This document shows positions 9,015 to 17,957 of a stretch of 64,000 nt of DNA, one piece after another. Under the pieces are notes generated by a model. That model ran no database searches and had not been told where the DNA came from. It saw nothing but the letters and a program-made list of their open reading frames with translations. This DNA is from Verrucomicrobiota bacterium (GTDB lineage Bacteria > Verrucomicrobiota > Verrucomicrobiia > Verrucomicrobiales > DEV007), in contig JASFYY010000049.1 in NCBI GenBank assembly GCA_045046875.1, positions 15,039-79,038 on the forward strand, read 5' to 3'. Position 1 is the stretch's first letter. Each line of letters opens with the position of its first letter. The translations under genes and the position numbers were made by a program.

Positions 9015-10619
9015 TCAGGGCTTGGGTGAGGCGTAACTGAGTTGTTTTGCTTGGCGATTAAAGCCGGGAAGTGAGTGCAGAGCGGCCCAGTGACGGTATT
9101 GCCAGGATCTCCAGTCCTTGTTTTCCATTTGTTTTTGTTCGTCACGGCTGACTTTGAGTATTTGTTTCCGGGCTTGTCTGGCGGCGGCACCAAAATGCTT
9201 TTGATTGTTGGCGATGAGCTGCAGGGTGGGCCAGGCGGGTGGGCCGAGCTTGGTCAGGTAGGGGATATCGATCCGGTGGTTTTGTTTGTCAGCTTGCAGG
9301 GCTTGTTGATAGTTGTAGCGCGCGACAAAAGCATGATCATCTGGGCCTTGCACAATAAAGAACAACAGGAAAACAGCGAACAGGTTGGCGTTCACCAGCC
9401 AGGAAAATTTGCGTTGTTGGTGGATTTTGATGGCCAGCAAGACAAAACCTACGACGACGAGAATCAGGAAAAAGGCGACGTAGAGTCGCAGTAGGGAGAG
9501 GTGGTAGGTGTCGACGTAGAGTTTCAGTCTGAGCAGCACACTGCTGACGAGCAGGAAGTTCTGTGCGATCCAAATGTGGGCGAGAATTTTTTGGCCCGGC
9601 GCATTGGTGACTTGTTTGTCCTGCTGGAAAATGATGAGCAATACGCTGGCGGCTAGGGCGACACAGGCAATTAGATTGTAAACACCTTGATGCACATACT
9701 CACTGAAGTTGACGTCACTTGGCAATGCAGTTTCCATCCAAAGGTAAAAAACGTCGAGGGTGTTGGCGGAGAAAAAGATCACATTAACGGCGATGAGCAA
9801 AAGTCGGCTGCTCCAAATACTGGCGTTCAGGTCGTTTGGGCTGGCCCATGTTAAGGGCAGTTTTTTTCTCAAGCGAATGAGGTCGAGGGAGAGCGGGGAG
9901 CGGCTCAATAACGAGAGCAATAAAAAGCCACTGCCGATCCAGAAAAGAATGCGCAGGATGGAGGGGAATTGAAAGGTGCCGATCCAAGAGAACAAGGTTG
10001 TGAATAGGTTTTTGATTCCATCTCCCATGATGGCGTTTCCGTTGGAGAATAGAATGAGAAAAATGAGGGTGAGCAAGCTGGTAGGTAAAACGATTTTCGC
10101 CCAGCGACGGGTTTTTTTCAGGTTATTATTAAAAGTGGAAGTCCGGGTTGAGTGGGCAGTTTCCTGCATGATGCGTTTGAGGTGATAGCAGGTCAGATAA
10201 ATATCGAACAGCCCGAATAAACCTTCCAATGCACGTCGCCAGTAGGGAGCGATCTGACGGTGGAGGAAATGACCGGAGGCGTAGATGGTGAGTATAAATA
10301 TAACCAGCCAGTTAGAGAATGAACTTTCAATGGAGGCTTGGATGGCAGTTGCTGCCATCAAAAAATAGAGCAACAGGTCTTTCCAATCGGTAGGACGGGC
10401 GGGGCGATTGATGCGTAGGGCAAACCAGATGAGACCACAAAGCAGAGTGACTCCTGCCCCAAGAGTGATGCCAAAGGTGAGGAAATCCGCAGCCAGAATC
10501 AGTAGAAAAATGGAGAGCCGAAGTTTGACCTGCGAGTTTAATGCCTGTGGCGTTTTTTGTGGATGCGGATCAGTGGTAGCTGACGCAGGTAGTTTCGAAG
10601 GGTAAAGTGGTGAGTCCAT
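9015..10619 (-). CDS. DUF4173/DUF4153-family polytopic membrane protein
   Basis: Many TM segments; FSEYVHQG, RLKLYVDTYHLSLLRL, IDIPYL, DWRSW. Confidence 0.75.
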   Translation of the reverse strand: MDSPLYPSKLPASATTDPHPQKTPQALNSQVKLRLSIFLLILAADFLTFGITLGAGVTLLCGLIWFALRINRPARPTDWKDLLLYFLMAATAIQASIESSFSNWLVIFILTIYASGHFLHRQIAPYWRRALEGLFGLFDIYLTCYHLKRIMQETAHSTRTSTFNNNLKKTRRWAKIVLPTSLLTLIFLILFSNGNAIMGDGIKNLFTTLFSWIGTFQFPSILRILFWIGSGFLLLSLLSRSPLSLDLIRLRKKLPLTWASPNDLNASIWSSRLLLIAVNVIFFSANTLDVFYLWMETALPSDVNFSEYVHQGVYNLIACVALAASVLLIIFQQDKQVTNAPGQKILAHIWIAQNFLLVSSVLLRLKLYVDTYHLSLLRLYVAFFLILVVVGFVLLAIKIHQQRKFSWLVNANLFAVFLLFFIVQGPDDHAFVARYNYQQALQADKQNHRIDIPYLTKLGPPAWPTLQLIANNQKHFGAAARQARKQILKVSRDEQKQMENKDWRSWQYRHWAALHSLPGFNRQAKQLSYASPKP

Positions 10620-10641
10620 GTTCCTACCTTGGGCGACTGAT

Positions 10642-10679
10642 GTGAAAGTGGTGTGAAGTTTGTGTGAAAAAGAGATGAA
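10642..10679 (-). promoter_or_regulatory. TTCAC-N6 direct-repeat array (cre-tag/blr-tag-like response regulator site)
   Basis: GTGAA at 10642, 10653, 10664 and ATGAA at 10675; exact 11-bp period, just upstream of the DUF4173 gene. Confidence 0.65.
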
Positions 10680-10735
10680 AAGGCAGCGGTTAACGATGGG
10701 CTTGTTTTTAAAATAGGAGAGGTTAGTATAGCTCC

Positions 10736-11947
10736 ATGAAATTAAACTCCCTTCTTTTTATTGGCATGGCTTTTGCCGTTATTGGAAATCTACAGCCGCT
10801 TGCCGAGGCGGCGCCAAAGGTCAAATTGCAGCGTGTTTATGAGAGCCTGGCAGTGGAGCGTCCGGTGTCTATAGTGATCCCCCCTGATGGCAGCAAACGG
10901 CAGTTTTTGGTCGAGCAGACGGGTAAGGTGAAAATCATGCCGAGCGATGACAAAGGTAATGAGTCCAAGGTGTTCCTCGACTTGTCTGATCGTAAGATGG
11001 CGGAGAAGGATTTTGAAGAAGGTCTGCTGGGCTTGGCTTTCCATTCGAAATTTGCGGAGAACGGCAAGTTTTATGTGAGTTATTCGCAGCAGGGTCCGAA
11101 GCGCACCCGGATCAGTGAATTCAAGAGCGCCGATGGTCAGACGGTAGATTTGTCGAGTGAACGTATTCTGATGGAGATTCAGCAACCGGAGTGGAACCAC
11201 AATTCGGGTAATTTGTTGTTCAATCCGAAAGACGGTTTTTTATATATTTGTGTTGGTGACGGGGGACTCAAAAACGGGGTTTTCATGCTGCCGCAGAAGT
11301 TGACCCGTTGGAATGGCAAAGTGTTGAGAATTGATGTTGATGGGAAATCACCAGGACGTGAGTATGCTATTCCCAAGGATAATCCGTTTGTGGATGTGCC
11401 TAACGCCTGTCCGGAGATTTATGCTTTTGGTTTCCGCAATCCCTGGGGATCGTGGATCGATCCCGAGACCGGTATTTTCTGGCTGGCTGATGTGGGGCAG
11501 GATCTGTGGGAGGAAATTGATTGGGTTGAAAAAGGAGGCAACTACGGTTGGGAGTATATGGAGGGAACGCACCCACAAGTGTTCCGTAAGGAGTTGATGA
11601 AACTGTTGATGCGCAAAGCGAATCCTCCGCGCGGTACGCAGTTCATTGATCCAGTGTATGAATATTCGCATGCGGATGGATTGAGCATCACTGGTGGTTT
11701 TGTCTATCGAGGTGAGAAGATCCCGGCGCTGCAAGGCTATTACGTTTATGGTGACTGGAAGCTGGGAACGGTCTGGGCATTGAAGATTGATGAAAAGAGC
11801 AAGAAGGTGATCGACCATGTGGTGCTGTTCAAAGCGAAGGACAATGCCGAGGAGAAATTCAACTGGACGGCTTTTGCTGCTGATAAGGATGGTGAAGTGT
11901 TATTGCTGAACTGGGACGGACGGATTTTCAGGATGGTGGGGGAGTGA
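10736..11947 (+). CDS. PQQ-dependent sugar (glucose/sorbosone) dehydrogenase family
   Basis: EEGLLGLAFH, NHN.G, GKVLRID, IPKDNPF, GFRNPW, DVGQD..EEI, SITGG.VYRG. Confidence 0.88.
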   Translation: MKLNSLLFIGMAFAVIGNLQPLAEAAPKVKLQRVYESLAVERPVSIVIPPDGSKRQFLVEQTGKVKIMPSDDKGNESKVFLDLSDRKMAEKDFEEGLLGLAFHSKFAENGKFYVSYSQQGPKRTRISEFKSADGQTVDLSSERILMEIQQPEWNHNSGNLLFNPKDGFLYICVGDGGLKNGVFMLPQKLTRWNGKVLRIDVDGKSPGREYAIPKDNPFVDVPNACPEIYAFGFRNPWGSWIDPETGIFWLADVGQDLWEEIDWVEKGGNYGWEYMEGTHPQVFRKELMKLLMRKANPPRGTQFIDPVYEYSHADGLSITGGFVYRGEKIPALQGYYVYGDWKLGTVWALKIDEKSKKVIDHVVLFKAKDNAEEKFNWTAFAADKDGEVLLLNWDGRIFRMVGE

Positions 11948-12008
11948 GCGGTGATGGGGATGATCTGGAATACTTGGTGAGATCGTCTTTGGATGAAGAA
12001 ATTTTTAG

Positions 12009-12036
12009 ACCACGGATGTCACGGATAGCGCGGATG
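12009..12036 (+). repeat. REP-like (CGGAT)x3 intergenic repeat, copy 1
   Basis: accacggatgtcacggatagcgcggatg; similar to copies at 15670, 27444, 27565, 58434. Confidence 0.7.
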
Positions 12037-12047
12037 GGAGAAGAGTT

Positions 12048-13490
12048 TTGAGAATAAGAGGGGGATCACGAAGAAGTATAAAACTGCTTTTTTTTGCAGC
12101 ATGTTTGGCGGTGGTGTTTTTGAATAAGCTTGCTCCGGGATGTTTTGCTAGGGAAGCGGGTAAGTTGAATGTGCTGTTCATCGCGGTTGATGACCTGAAC
12201 TGTCGCTTGGGATGTTATGGTTTTAAGCATATCAAGTCTCCGAATATCGATCGACTGGCGAAGCAGGGATTGCGTTTTGACCGTGCTTATTGTCAGTTTC
12301 CTTCCTGCGGTCCGAGTCGGGCTTCGGTATTAACCGGGCTGAGGCCGAACAGCACAGGGGTTCTTCATAACCGGATTCGTTTCCGCGATGTCAGTCCGGA
12401 TGTGATCACTTTGCCGCAACTGTTTCGACAGAATGATTATCATGTGGCGCGGGTGGGGAAAATTTTCCACCAATCCGTGCCCACGGACATCGGAACCAGT
12501 GGGCCGGATGATGAACGGTCCTGGGATGAAGTGGTGAACCCTCGTGGGCGTGATAAGGAGGAAGAACATCTGCTCACCGTTTATACTCCGGATTTGCCTT
12601 TGCCTGATCAGATGTGTTATCTCAAGGCTGAGGGCAGTGATTTGGAGCAAACCGATGGTAAGGGCATCAGTGAGGCGATCCGCTTGCTTGAAGCGAATCA
12701 GCAGCGTCCGTTTTTCATCGCGGTGGGTTTATACCGTCCACATATTCCCTACATCGCACCGAAGAAATATTTTGATCTGTATGATTTTAATAAAACGGTG
12801 CTCCCTGTATTACCTGTGAATTATCGTGATCGCGTTCCGCAAGCAGCCTTGGCTTCCACTCCGGTGTGGCCTAATTTTGGCACCACGGATAGAGAAGCCC
12901 GCGAATGTGTTCTTGCTTACGACGCCTGTGTTTCTTTTGTGGATGCACAGGTGGGGCGTCTGCTCACAGCGCTGGATCGGTTGAAATTGCGCGAACGGAC
13001 TTTGATTGTCCTGTGGGGTGATCATGGTTACCACTTGGGCGAACACGGTTTGTGGAGAAAAAATTCACTTTATGAAGAGTCGGCGCGGGCACCGCTTATT
13101 TTTGCCGGAGCAGGGATCAAGGCAAATGCCGAGGGATGTTCGCGGCGAGTGGAGTTCGTTGATATTTACCCAACGATTGCCGACTTGGCCGGGTTGAAAG
13201 CTCCTGATAACTTGGAGGGAGTCAGTTTGCGCCCTTTGTTGGATAACCCGTCAGCAGAATGGAAACGACCCGCTTATACTCAAGTGCAGTTTCGTGAGAC
13301 TCCGGGTTATGCGGTGCGCTCCGGGCCTTGGAATTATGTTGAATGGGGAGAGGGCGGTCGTGCGGGGCGGGAACTGTATGATCAAGTCAATGATCCCCGG
13401 GAATTGAAAAATCTGATCGATAACCCTGAGCATGCACAGGTTCAGGTGCAATTGAAATTATTGCTGAGGAAGAAGTTCGGCGGTGAGTGA
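12048..13490 (+). CDS. Sulfatase (iduronate/choline-sulfatase-like, FGly-dependent)
   Basis: NVLFIAVDDL, CGPSRAS (CxPxR), GKIFH, GDHGYHLGEH; TTG start uncertain. Confidence 0.9.
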   Translation: MRIRGGSRRSIKLLFFAACLAVVFLNKLAPGCFAREAGKLNVLFIAVDDLNCRLGCYGFKHIKSPNIDRLAKQGLRFDRAYCQFPSCGPSRASVLTGLRPNSTGVLHNRIRFRDVSPDVITLPQLFRQNDYHVARVGKIFHQSVPTDIGTSGPDDERSWDEVVNPRGRDKEEEHLLTVYTPDLPLPDQMCYLKAEGSDLEQTDGKGISEAIRLLEANQQRPFFIAVGLYRPHIPYIAPKKYFDLYDFNKTVLPVLPVNYRDRVPQAALASTPVWPNFGTTDREARECVLAYDACVSFVDAQVGRLLTALDRLKLRERTLIVLWGDHGYHLGEHGLWRKNSLYEESARAPLIFAGAGIKANAEGCSRRVEFVDIYPTIADLAGLKAPDNLEGVSLRPLLDNPSAEWKRPAYTQVQFRETPGYAVRSGPWNYVEWGEGGRAGRELYDQVNDPRELKNLIDNPEHAQVQVQLKLLLRKKFGGE

Positions 13491-13564
13491 GGGTATTTTT
13501 TTTGGGAGAAAGTTGTCCTACATTATTACTGCAACTTTTACAGCGCACATCTGTTTCATTGATT

Positions 13565-14632
13565 ATGAAAATACCCCTTAATGCTTTGTTGGCCAGTTTA
13601 TTGCTGTTTGCTCTGTTGCCGGCCGCCTACGCTCAGAACCAGGGGGGTGATGAGCGCTTGCGGCAGGTTTTGAAAAGATTCCCAGAAGCGGATCTTAATA
13701 AGGATGGCAAGCTCGAGCGTGAGGAGTTGGAGCAGTATAAAAAAAAGAGGCAGGGAACCCGGACGGGGGAACGAAACAATGCTTCAGCGCAGTTGGCACC
13801 CACTCATCAGGATGTGAAATACGGGAAACATGAAAAGCAGGATTTTGATATCTGGTTGGCCAAATCGAAAGACGGCAAAAAAACGCCTTTGGTGATATAT
13901 ATTCATGGTGGAGGATTCCGGGGCGGCGACAAAAAGAGGGTGAATGCTACTTGGGTGAAATCTTATTTGGAGCAGGGTATTTCCTTTGCTTCGATGAATT
14001 ACCGTCTCAGCGATGTGGGGGCTTATCCGATGATGATGAATGACGCAGCGCGGGGTTTGCAGTTGATTCGCTCAAAAGAGGACGAGTGGAATTTGGACTC
14101 AAAACGCATCGCTTGTTTCGGGGGCTCGGCGGGAGCGGGGATTTCCCTGTGGCTGGCTTTTCACGATGATCTGGTAGACGAAAAAAGTGAGGATCCGGTG
14201 GCTCGTCAATCGACCCGGATTGTCGCTGCCGCTACGTTGAGTGGTCAGTCTACTTACGACTTGAGAACCTTCAGGGAATGGTTTGAGGTTCCGAATTTGA
14301 AACCGCACCCGGCGATGGATGCCTTTTATGGGTTGAGGGATCAGGAGGACTGGAAATCCGATCGGGTGATAAAGCTGATGGAGGATGCTTCAGCGATCAC
14401 TCATTTGGACAAAGATGACGTGCCGGTTTTCATGACTTACGGCAAAGGGGATTCGCCGGTTGATGAAAATACCAATCCGAGCGTGTGGGTGCATCATGTG
14501 CGCCTGGGGATGAAGCTCAAGCAGGCGATGGATAAATTGGGAGTGGAAAACCACTTAAGCTGGCGGGATCACCCGAGTAAAGAATACAAAGATCTGCACG
14601 CTTTTTTGAGTGAAAAGGTGCTAGCCGATTGA
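13565..14632 (+). CDS. Secreted alpha/beta hydrolase (esterase) with EF-hand-like segment
   Basis: Signal peptide, DLNKDGKL, IHGGGF, GGSAGA nucleophile elbow. Confidence 0.85.
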   Translation: MKIPLNALLASLLLFALLPAAYAQNQGGDERLRQVLKRFPEADLNKDGKLEREELEQYKKKRQGTRTGERNNASAQLAPTHQDVKYGKHEKQDFDIWLAKSKDGKKTPLVIYIHGGGFRGGDKKRVNATWVKSYLEQGISFASMNYRLSDVGAYPMMMNDAARGLQLIRSKEDEWNLDSKRIACFGGSAGAGISLWLAFHDDLVDEKSEDPVARQSTRIVAAATLSGQSTYDLRTFREWFEVPNLKPHPAMDAFYGLRDQEDWKSDRVIKLMEDASAITHLDKDDVPVFMTYGKGDSPVDENTNPSVWVHHVRLGMKLKQAMDKLGVENHLSWRDHPSKEYKDLHAFLSEKVLAD

Positions 14633-14646
14633 TGGGCACATTTTTA

Positions 14647-15537
14647 TTAAGCCAGTTCCGCTTCAAGCAAGCCATATAGCCGGTCGACTTCGGCAGCGGT
14701 TTCTGGATCGAGGTGAAAGCTGACCGGGCCACGGGTGAGGGTGTTTTTGAAGATGCCTTGTTTTTTGAGTAGGTATTTTTCCACCGCAAGGAATCCGTCG
14801 AGACTGGTTTGCAGGGAGATGAGCGAGGCGATGGGGGTGGATAGTCGGTAGGCACTTGCGTCATCTCCGGCTTCGAGCGCATTCCACAACGCGACTTGGG
14901 CTTTGATGATTTCTGCGCCGGGCATGGTGCCGGCGATGCCGCGGCGATAACTATCGACCAGGCAGATGCCGCCCGAGCCTTCGAAGATGACAGCTTGTCC
15001 ATCGGTGGCGTCACGTAGGGCTGAGAGGTTGGGGCCGATGGGGGTGGCTTCGGGTTTGAAAAATACCCGATCGGCACCGAAGTCCTTGAGCAGCTGGGCT
15101 TGGGTTTGAATGGGCAGGGGTTTTCCTACATAACCACTGGCGTCTTGAACGATCAGGGGAATGGAAATCGCTTCGATGATGGAGGTGAAGTAGGCGACTA
15201 CTTCGGCATTGCTGAGTGCGGTGGCGATCGGTGGAATGACCATGACGGCAGCAGCTCCAGCGGCTTCCGCATGGCGGGCGTGGCGGACGGCGGTGTGGGT
15301 GGATTCGGCACCGACGCTGATGACGGCTCCGCCGCGGTCGCCGGTGAATTCACAAGCCTTGCTGGCGAGCTCGTCGCGTTCTTCGCTGGAGAGACGCAGG
15401 GTTTCCGAAACCATCGCCATGGTGATGCCTTGCGCACCGTTTTCAAACAGCCAGTCGATTTCACTAGAGAGAGTATCAAAGTCGATCGACAGATCGTTGT
15501 GGTAAGGAGTTTGGAAAACGGGGTAGAGACCTTTCAT
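14647..15537 (-). CDS. Dihydrodipicolinate synthase (DapA/NanA) family aldolase
   Basis: GLYPVFQTPY, SE...LS.EER, FKPE Schiff-base Lys. Confidence 0.85.
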   Translation of the reverse strand: MKGLYPVFQTPYHNDLSIDFDTLSSEIDWLFENGAQGITMAMVSETLRLSSEERDELASKACEFTGDRGGAVISVGAESTHTAVRHARHAEAAGAAAVMVIPPIATALSNAEVVAYFTSIIEAISIPLIVQDASGYVGKPLPIQTQAQLLKDFGADRVFFKPEATPIGPNLSALRDATDGQAVIFEGSGGICLVDSYRRGIAGTMPGAEIIKAQVALWNALEAGDDASAYRLSTPIASLISLQTSLDGFLAVEKYLLKKQGIFKNTLTRGPVSFHLDPETAAEVDRLYGLLEAELA

Positions 15538-15669
15538 GGGTGGAGGGGTAGGGGGTAAAGCGGAATTATGAAGCAGTTTTGACAGGGATGCAAATGAGAC
15601 TTTTGAGGAGAAGGTGAATGTAGGGTTATGTTGGGTTTAAAGTGCGAGCGTAGCTAATTACTTTTTCAT

Positions 15670-15697
15670 ATCCACGTGATCCGTGTCATCCTCGGTT
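15670..15697 (-). repeat. REP-like (CGGAT)x3 repeat, copy 2 (inverted)
   Basis: Reverse complement aaccgaggatgacacggatcacgtggat. Confidence 0.65.
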
Positions 15698-15834
15698 AAA
15701 TTTTTAATTGTTTTTCCTGCCGTGGATCGTGTTGGGAGTGGGGGTAAGAGCTTTTTTTGATGGTTATTTACATTTTTTTCAAAATATGCCCTGATGGATT
15801 GGGAGTTTTGGCTATTACCTTGTGAAGAGCGTTT

Positions 15835-16377
15835 ATGTCTGAAGAAAAAAACAGTGCCTGTGAGGAGGAGTTTGTGATGTTGATCACTCGGCATCAGGCA
15901 GCTTTGACGGGTTTTTTGTGTAGTTTGCTGGGTAACCGCACGGCGGGGGACGAGGTGTTGCAGGAGACTAATCTGGTATTGTGGAAAAAGAGGGAGAATT
16001 TCGAACTGGGCACTAATTTTAAGGCCTGGGCCTTTAAGATCGCGCGTTTCCAGAGTTTGGCTTTTTTGAAACGGGAAAAACGACGTCCGGAATTTACTTT
16101 TGATGAAGAGGTGATCGCTAAGTTGGCGGTGGAGGCGGAAGTTACTTTTGCGCTTAATGATGAGCGGGAGCAAGCTTTGGACACTTGTTTGGAAAAGCTG
16201 CCGGATGAGGACCGGGCATTGATTCGTGATCACTACTACAGTGGTCTGTCGATGAACGATCACGCTGCGCAGGCGGGGCGGACGGTGGGGGCTTTGCGAC
16301 AGGTGTTGTACCGGATCCGCAATTCGCTGCGGCTTTGCATTGGACAGAACATAGTGAGCGGGGAGGTGGAAGCATGA
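15835..16377 (+). CDS. ECF sigma-70 factor (Rhodopirellula/Verrucomicrobium type)
   Basis: DEVLQETNLVLWKK, FKAWAFKIARFQ, CLEKLP, LYRIRNSLRLC. Confidence 0.92.
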   Translation: MSEEKNSACEEEFVMLITRHQAALTGFLCSLLGNRTAGDEVLQETNLVLWKKRENFELGTNFKAWAFKIARFQSLAFLKREKRRPEFTFDEEVIAKLAVEAEVTFALNDEREQALDTCLEKLPDEDRALIRDHYYSGLSMNDHAAQAGRTVGALRQVLYRIRNSLRLCIGQNIVSGEVEA

Positions 16378-17927
16378 CGACGGTGGACCGGGAAGAAGTG
16401 GTTGTTTTGACTGAAGCTTTGATCGACGGGACGATCAGCGTTGAGGAATTTGCCTGCCTTGAGAGCTGGTTGAAAAATGACCCTACCGCCAGAGACCTGT
16501 ATTTGCAGCACCGTTCGCTGGATGCCAGTTTGCGTTGGCGCTGGCAGTCGGAGACGAGTGCGCTGAAGGTGAGCGGTGATCAGGATGATGAAACGCAGAA
16601 GGTAGTGTTTTTTCCGGCGTGGAAGAGTGTGGGGCGGGTGGCTCTGGCTGTGGCAGCGGTTGTGGCAATGTTGTTGACGGCGGTGATGTTTTTGTCTGAT
16701 GAGGGTGGCGAGGGGGGAAGCTTTGCTACAGTGAGTGCAGAGCAAGGGAGTCAGTGGCGAGTGGTAAGCGGTGAGGGTGATTCGAAAGGGGCACAGACTT
16801 TGCTGGTAACAGAAGGTTCGCTTGAAGTGGTTTTTGCCAGTGGCGCGCAGGCGACGGTGACGGGGCCTTCTTTGTTTGAGATTCGTGGGGCGAATGAGGC
16901 GGTTATGGAATGGGGCAAGGGGAAATTTTATGTTCCCGAGCAGGCAGTGGGTTATTCGGTGGACACTCCCTGGGGCAAGGTGATTGATTTGGGGACGGCG
17001 TTTGATTTGAATGTGAGCAATGATGGTTTGGCTGAGGTTTCGGTGACAGAGGGCCGGGTCAGGCTTTTATCCAATGGAGAGCAGCGGGATTTGAAAATGG
17101 GAGAAAGCCTGGTAATGAGTCGAACGGGGCTGGGTGATGGAAAAAACCGGCACACTGCAGCAAGGCGACAGCAAAGCGTTTACAGTGAAATGATCCGTGC
17201 GTCGCAGCCGGTCGCCTATTGGCCTTTTGATGGTAAGGTGGGGGATTCTATTTCAGAGAAAGGGATTGTGAAATTGGTAGAGGGTCCGCGTCCGCCGTTT
17301 TCCCCTTTATTTGCTAAAACGAATACGGCAGCGTTTTTTGGAGATCAGGGAATTTTGAGAAAACAGGATCTCGGAGCGCAGAGTGGTTTCGATTTTGATA
17401 ACGGAGACGAGATCAGCATTGAGGCCTGGGTGAATCCAGCAGGGCAGATGAAAGAGGGCGGAATCGTTTATATTGTGGGTAAGGGGCGAACCAATAACCT
17501 GAGTTTCATTAAGGATAATCAGAATTTTTCACTGCGCTTGTGGAATAAGCAGGGGCAAATGAAAGTGAGCTTTTTGTTCCGCAGTGCCCCTGACGGAGAT
17601 TGGGAAGGGGACTACCATCGTTGGACGGCGTTGAGCGGATTTGTTGCGGGTGATGGCTGGCATCACATCGCAGTGACTTACCGTTATGGGGATCCAGATA
17701 GTATTCGCACTTATCAGGACGGCGCTCCGGTGACTGGAGAGTGGGATATGGGAGGTGCTACCACGCGGCGTCCAGTGGTGGATGATGATGAGCTTTGGTT
17801 AGGATCTGCCAGAGGTGGTGGAAGGGGTAATAAGTTCACCGGCATGGTGGATGAGGTGGCTATTTATCGTCAGGTGCTGACCGCGGAGCAAGTCAGCAGG
17901 CGGGTGAAACGAGGGCAGCAGAAATAG
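16374..17927 (+). CDS. FecR-like anti-sigma factor with C-terminal LamG-like domain
   Basis: Coupled to sigma (ATGA overlap); TM; VDTPWGKVIDLGTAF..V.EGRV; IEAWV, WHHIAVT, DEVAIY. Confidence 0.85.
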   Translation: MTTVDREEVVVLTEALIDGTISVEEFACLESWLKNDPTARDLYLQHRSLDASLRWRWQSETSALKVSGDQDDETQKVVFFPAWKSVGRVALAVAAVVAMLLTAVMFLSDEGGEGGSFATVSAEQGSQWRVVSGEGDSKGAQTLLVTEGSLEVVFASGAQATVTGPSLFEIRGANEAVMEWGKGKFYVPEQAVGYSVDTPWGKVIDLGTAFDLNVSNDGLAEVSVTEGRVRLLSNGEQRDLKMGESLVMSRTGLGDGKNRHTAARRQQSVYSEMIRASQPVAYWPFDGKVGDSISEKGIVKLVEGPRPPFSPLFAKTNTAAFFGDQGILRKQDLGAQSGFDFDNGDEISIEAWVNPAGQMKEGGIVYIVGKGRTNNLSFIKDNQNFSLRLWNKQGQMKVSFLFRSAPDGDWEGDYHRWTALSGFVAGDGWHHIAVTYRYGDPDSIRTYQDGAPVTGEWDMGGATTRRPVVDDDELWLGSARGGGRGNKFTGMVDEVAIYRQVLTAEQVSRRVKRGQQK

Positions 17928-17957
17928 AATAATTTTAACAGAAAATAAAAAATCCTT

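Noticed and set aside
15658..16263. Long antisense ORFs such as this 201-aa one
   Set aside because: They overlap well-supported genes on the opposite strand and show no recognisable motifs.
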